DNA of 64,000 bases from Chrysemys picta bellii. Lineage: Eukaryota. This document shows, piece by piece, positions 61,266-64,000 of this stretch. The stretch is taken from the NCBI RefSeq assembly GCF_011386835.1, contig NC_088803.1, positions 34,658,001 to 34,722,000 on the forward strand, written 5' to 3'. A program made the position numbers and the translations under genes. The notes below the pieces were generated by a model that was not told where the DNA came from, ran no database searches, and saw only the letters and a program-made list of their open reading frames with translations. Each line of letters begins with the position of its first letter. Position 1 is the first letter of the stretch.

Positions 61266-62884
61266 GGTAATTTTGTTTTCCATACTAGCTGTGAATACAA
61301 AATGAGTCAGTGTTACTATAAAAACTGCAGGTTGATTCATTCTGATTTCTACACACGAACAGCGTGTGTGAGGTTTATACGAAGCAGGGCAAACACTTCT
61401 AAACATAGTACCTGTTTCATATCGGTGACAGATCAGAAAAATAGAATGGTGAAGTGTCAGTAAAGAATTTTAGCTCACAATGAAACAAAGAAAAGCATTA
61501 AAGCAAAGACCCCTCCAAATTTGTGGCAGTTACCACATTACACTGAATGTCCTCCTTCCTGCTTTTAGAGAAACATTACAATGCTAAATACCCTTAGCAC
61601 TGAGAGCAGCCTGTTATTTAAAGCCTCTGTTACATTTCCATGGAAGATGGGGGAGGGAGAGCATTGTAACAAGTGGATTTTGGTCTTGATGAATTATTCA
61701 CGTGCATTTTCTTACACTGATTCCAGCCCAGATGACTGTTCCTTCTGTATCAATGTGATTGAGGTTGTTTTAAATAGATCTACCTCAGATTAACAAAACA
61801 GCCCAGACTAGCATTTTCCTACTTGGAAATAATTTCAAAAAGGGGGAAATTTCAAAAGGGGATCCTAGATTTATGTCCTGATAAAAACAGTATAACTACA
61901 TACTGCACGTGCTTCAGGAGGTCATGATTCCACACAAATACTCGTGCAATTAGAAACGTGCTTAAGATCAAATTAACGCTAATGTGAAGAAGGAACAAAC
62001 TCACCTTACCAATGGTCATGGAAACTCTGTTCCAAGAGGCTTTATTGACACACATCTGAATTGTTAGCAACATCTCCAAAATCATTAAAGGGATCAAGTA
62101 CAAGTATTCAAAAGTCTAGGTAAGGTGGTAGAAAGATAATGATGGGAACCAACTACACTAGTTTACTGCACTGATGGCAAGTAAATGTCTGTTTAAATAA
62201 CACCGGACAAGGCACAAATGGCCCATTTGCTATTAACAACAGATAGTCCCTGAGCCAGCAATTGGCTCAGCATGGGAGGTCCTTGGTATTGAGGCAACGG
62301 GGCTCTGCATCAGTACAAGGTGCGAGCAGGGGATTTGGGAATTTACTCTTACACACTGGACCAAGACCTCAGCTCATTAAATATAACTGCATGAAAGAGT
62401 GTCCAAGATGTATTGTTTATAACTAGTTTAATACTCAAAATATGCTGCAAAAATGATTAGTGGAGCACTATGGAGACCCCTACCAATACATTTATGCTGA
62501 ATGGCGTTTGAGAAGGAAATCTAGCCACTAGACCAAGCAACAAAAACCTAAACCTTAAATGCTGTTTGTCCAGTTTGAACATCCTTGTTTGTCAAAATTT
62601 AAACTGACAAGAGGTTCAAAGCCCTCTTCACAGAAACTTAGATGCTGACTGATTCTTTACCAAAAAAAAAATCAAGAGAGCAGAATTAACTTCATAGGGC
62701 CATTTGTTTAAATGTTGCTTTCACACACAAAAACAGTCAATCCATTTGGGTGTTAACCAGGCAGTTCACTTTTTAAAAATAAGAATGTCCTAAACGTATG
62801 TCTCTCAAGGACTACTACAAATTGGCGTCCTGTTCCCATTGCAATACATCATACTGCATCTAAAGAGGCAACATGAAAAGAAAG

Positions 62885-62901
62885 CACACACACACACACA
62901 C
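62885..62901. repeat. (CA)8 microsatellite
   Basis: Direct reading. Confidence 0.9.
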
Positions 62902-63059
62902 TTTGTTCATTTGCAGCAGCATTTGGACTATGTGTAGGACGCTGTTCAAAACCATCAGATTGTAATCAGGAAAATTACTTATACCCCAATTGCAACTTTG
63001 CCTCACTGAAATCCATTCAGAATGCTGCTGTAAAGACCATGTTCCTATCCTGTCACCTT

Positions 63060-63507
63060 GACCACACCATGCCTCTCTTTGCACCCCTCCACTAGCAAGC
63101 CTATGTTGTCCACTTATTCACTTTTCAAACAAGCACAGCATGCTTTTGCCCAGGCTATTGTTCACACTTCGGAGGAGCTCCCCATAAACATCCATAGAGG
63201 TATCTCAATATCCTTCTTTAAACTTTCCTTTGATATGATGCCTACAAAAAACTTGACAAAGGTTTGGCTGCTGGTGTGGAGACCAAGGCCCACCATGCTG
63301 ACCAATATTGTCTCATTGTTTCCTTGCACATCCCCATTCCCTTCCACCACCGTCTGTATCCATCCGTTGTCTAATTTTATACTTAGATGGTAAGCTTTTG
63401 GGGCAGGGATAGTCTTTTTGCTCTGTGCTTGTACAGCAGGTAGTACAACAGGCTCCTGGCCCATGACTGTCACTCCTAGGTGCTACTGCAATACAAATAC
63501 AATAACA
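63060..63507 (+). mobile_element. L2 LINE 3' end
   Basis: GGAGGAGCTCCCCATAAACATCC..TCCTTCTTTAAA..ACTTAGATGGTAAGCTTTTGGGGCAGGGA..GTACAGCA..CCTAGGTGCTACTGCAATACAAATA. Confidence 0.75.
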
Positions 63508-63730
63508 GAAATTGAACTGACCTCCTATAACACTTGGATTACACAGAAAAGGTTTGATTTGTGTAGAGTTTCGGCTGGATAAGAGCAAAACATCAAATCA
63601 GTTGCAATGTGCAGCCCTAAAGACTTCTGGTTAGAGGGTTTTTGGAGAGGGCTGAGGGTATACTTCCCCCAAACTGCGAAGGGGTGGAGAGGAGTTTCTA
63701 TAGGTGCCTGGCTGGCTGAGTTCCCGTTGC

Positions 63731-63912
63731 AATGGTGTCCCTAGCTTCTGTTTGCTAGAAGCTGGGATTGGGGGACAGCGAATGGATCACTTGATAATTA
63801 CCTGTTCTGTTTATTCCCTCTGGGGCACCTGGTGTTGGCCACTGTCGACAGACAGGATACTGGGCTAGATGGACCTTTGGTCTGACCCAGTATGGTCATT
63901 CTTATGTTCTCA
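63731..63912 (+). mobile_element. CR1 LINE 3' UTR (PsCR1-type)
   Basis: AATGGTGTCCCTAGC..GGATCACTTGATAATTACCTGTTCTG..GGATACTGGGCTAGATGGACCTTTGGTCTGACCCAGTATGGTCATTCTTATGTTCT. Confidence 0.92.
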
Positions 63913-64000
63913 TGGTTCCTTTAATGCTGCTAGGATCTTATTTACTGTGTTGTGAGGGCACCCACAGCCTTAGATAGGAGATACAGGTCTGTCTCATCTT

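Noticed and set aside
1-64000. CRISPR arrays, prokaryotic operons, intact autonomous transposons, ZHX3 promoter
   Set aside because: None seen. All mobile elements are truncated or non-autonomous, and the only CpG-rich patches are inside transposons.

Overview
Vertebrate genomic DNA, very likely a turtle: the CR1 3' ends, CORE-SINEs and hAT/Harbinger MITEs are of the kinds abundant in Testudines, recognised from memory and not by database search. The window covers the tail-to-tail PLCG1 / ZHX3 junction. On the + strand are the last two coding exons of PLCG1 (966-1141 and 2430-2472, ending ...RTRVNGDNRL*) and its 3' UTR. On the - strand is ZHX3: a 2.8-kb main coding exon (ATG 16536, donor 13737), an 11-nt last coding exon completing ...QL-ETD* (11141-11151), a ~6-kb 3' UTR, and a probable 93-nt 5'-UTR exon at 44860-44952. 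The spliced protein is 936 aa. No promoter-like CpG island is visible, so exon 1 probably lies beyond 64000. The rest is intron filled with retroposon and DNA-transposon relics, several of them nested. The most interesting unexplained structure is in the ZHX3 leader. It has five upstream AUGs, two uORFs (40 and 42 aa) that stay open across a 28-kb intron, a candidate 30-nt micro-exon that would stop one uORF and lengthen the other, and a candidate alternative terminal exon. This is inference from splice signals and reading frames only. There are no prokaryotic features, rRNA/tRNA genes or CRISPR arrays.
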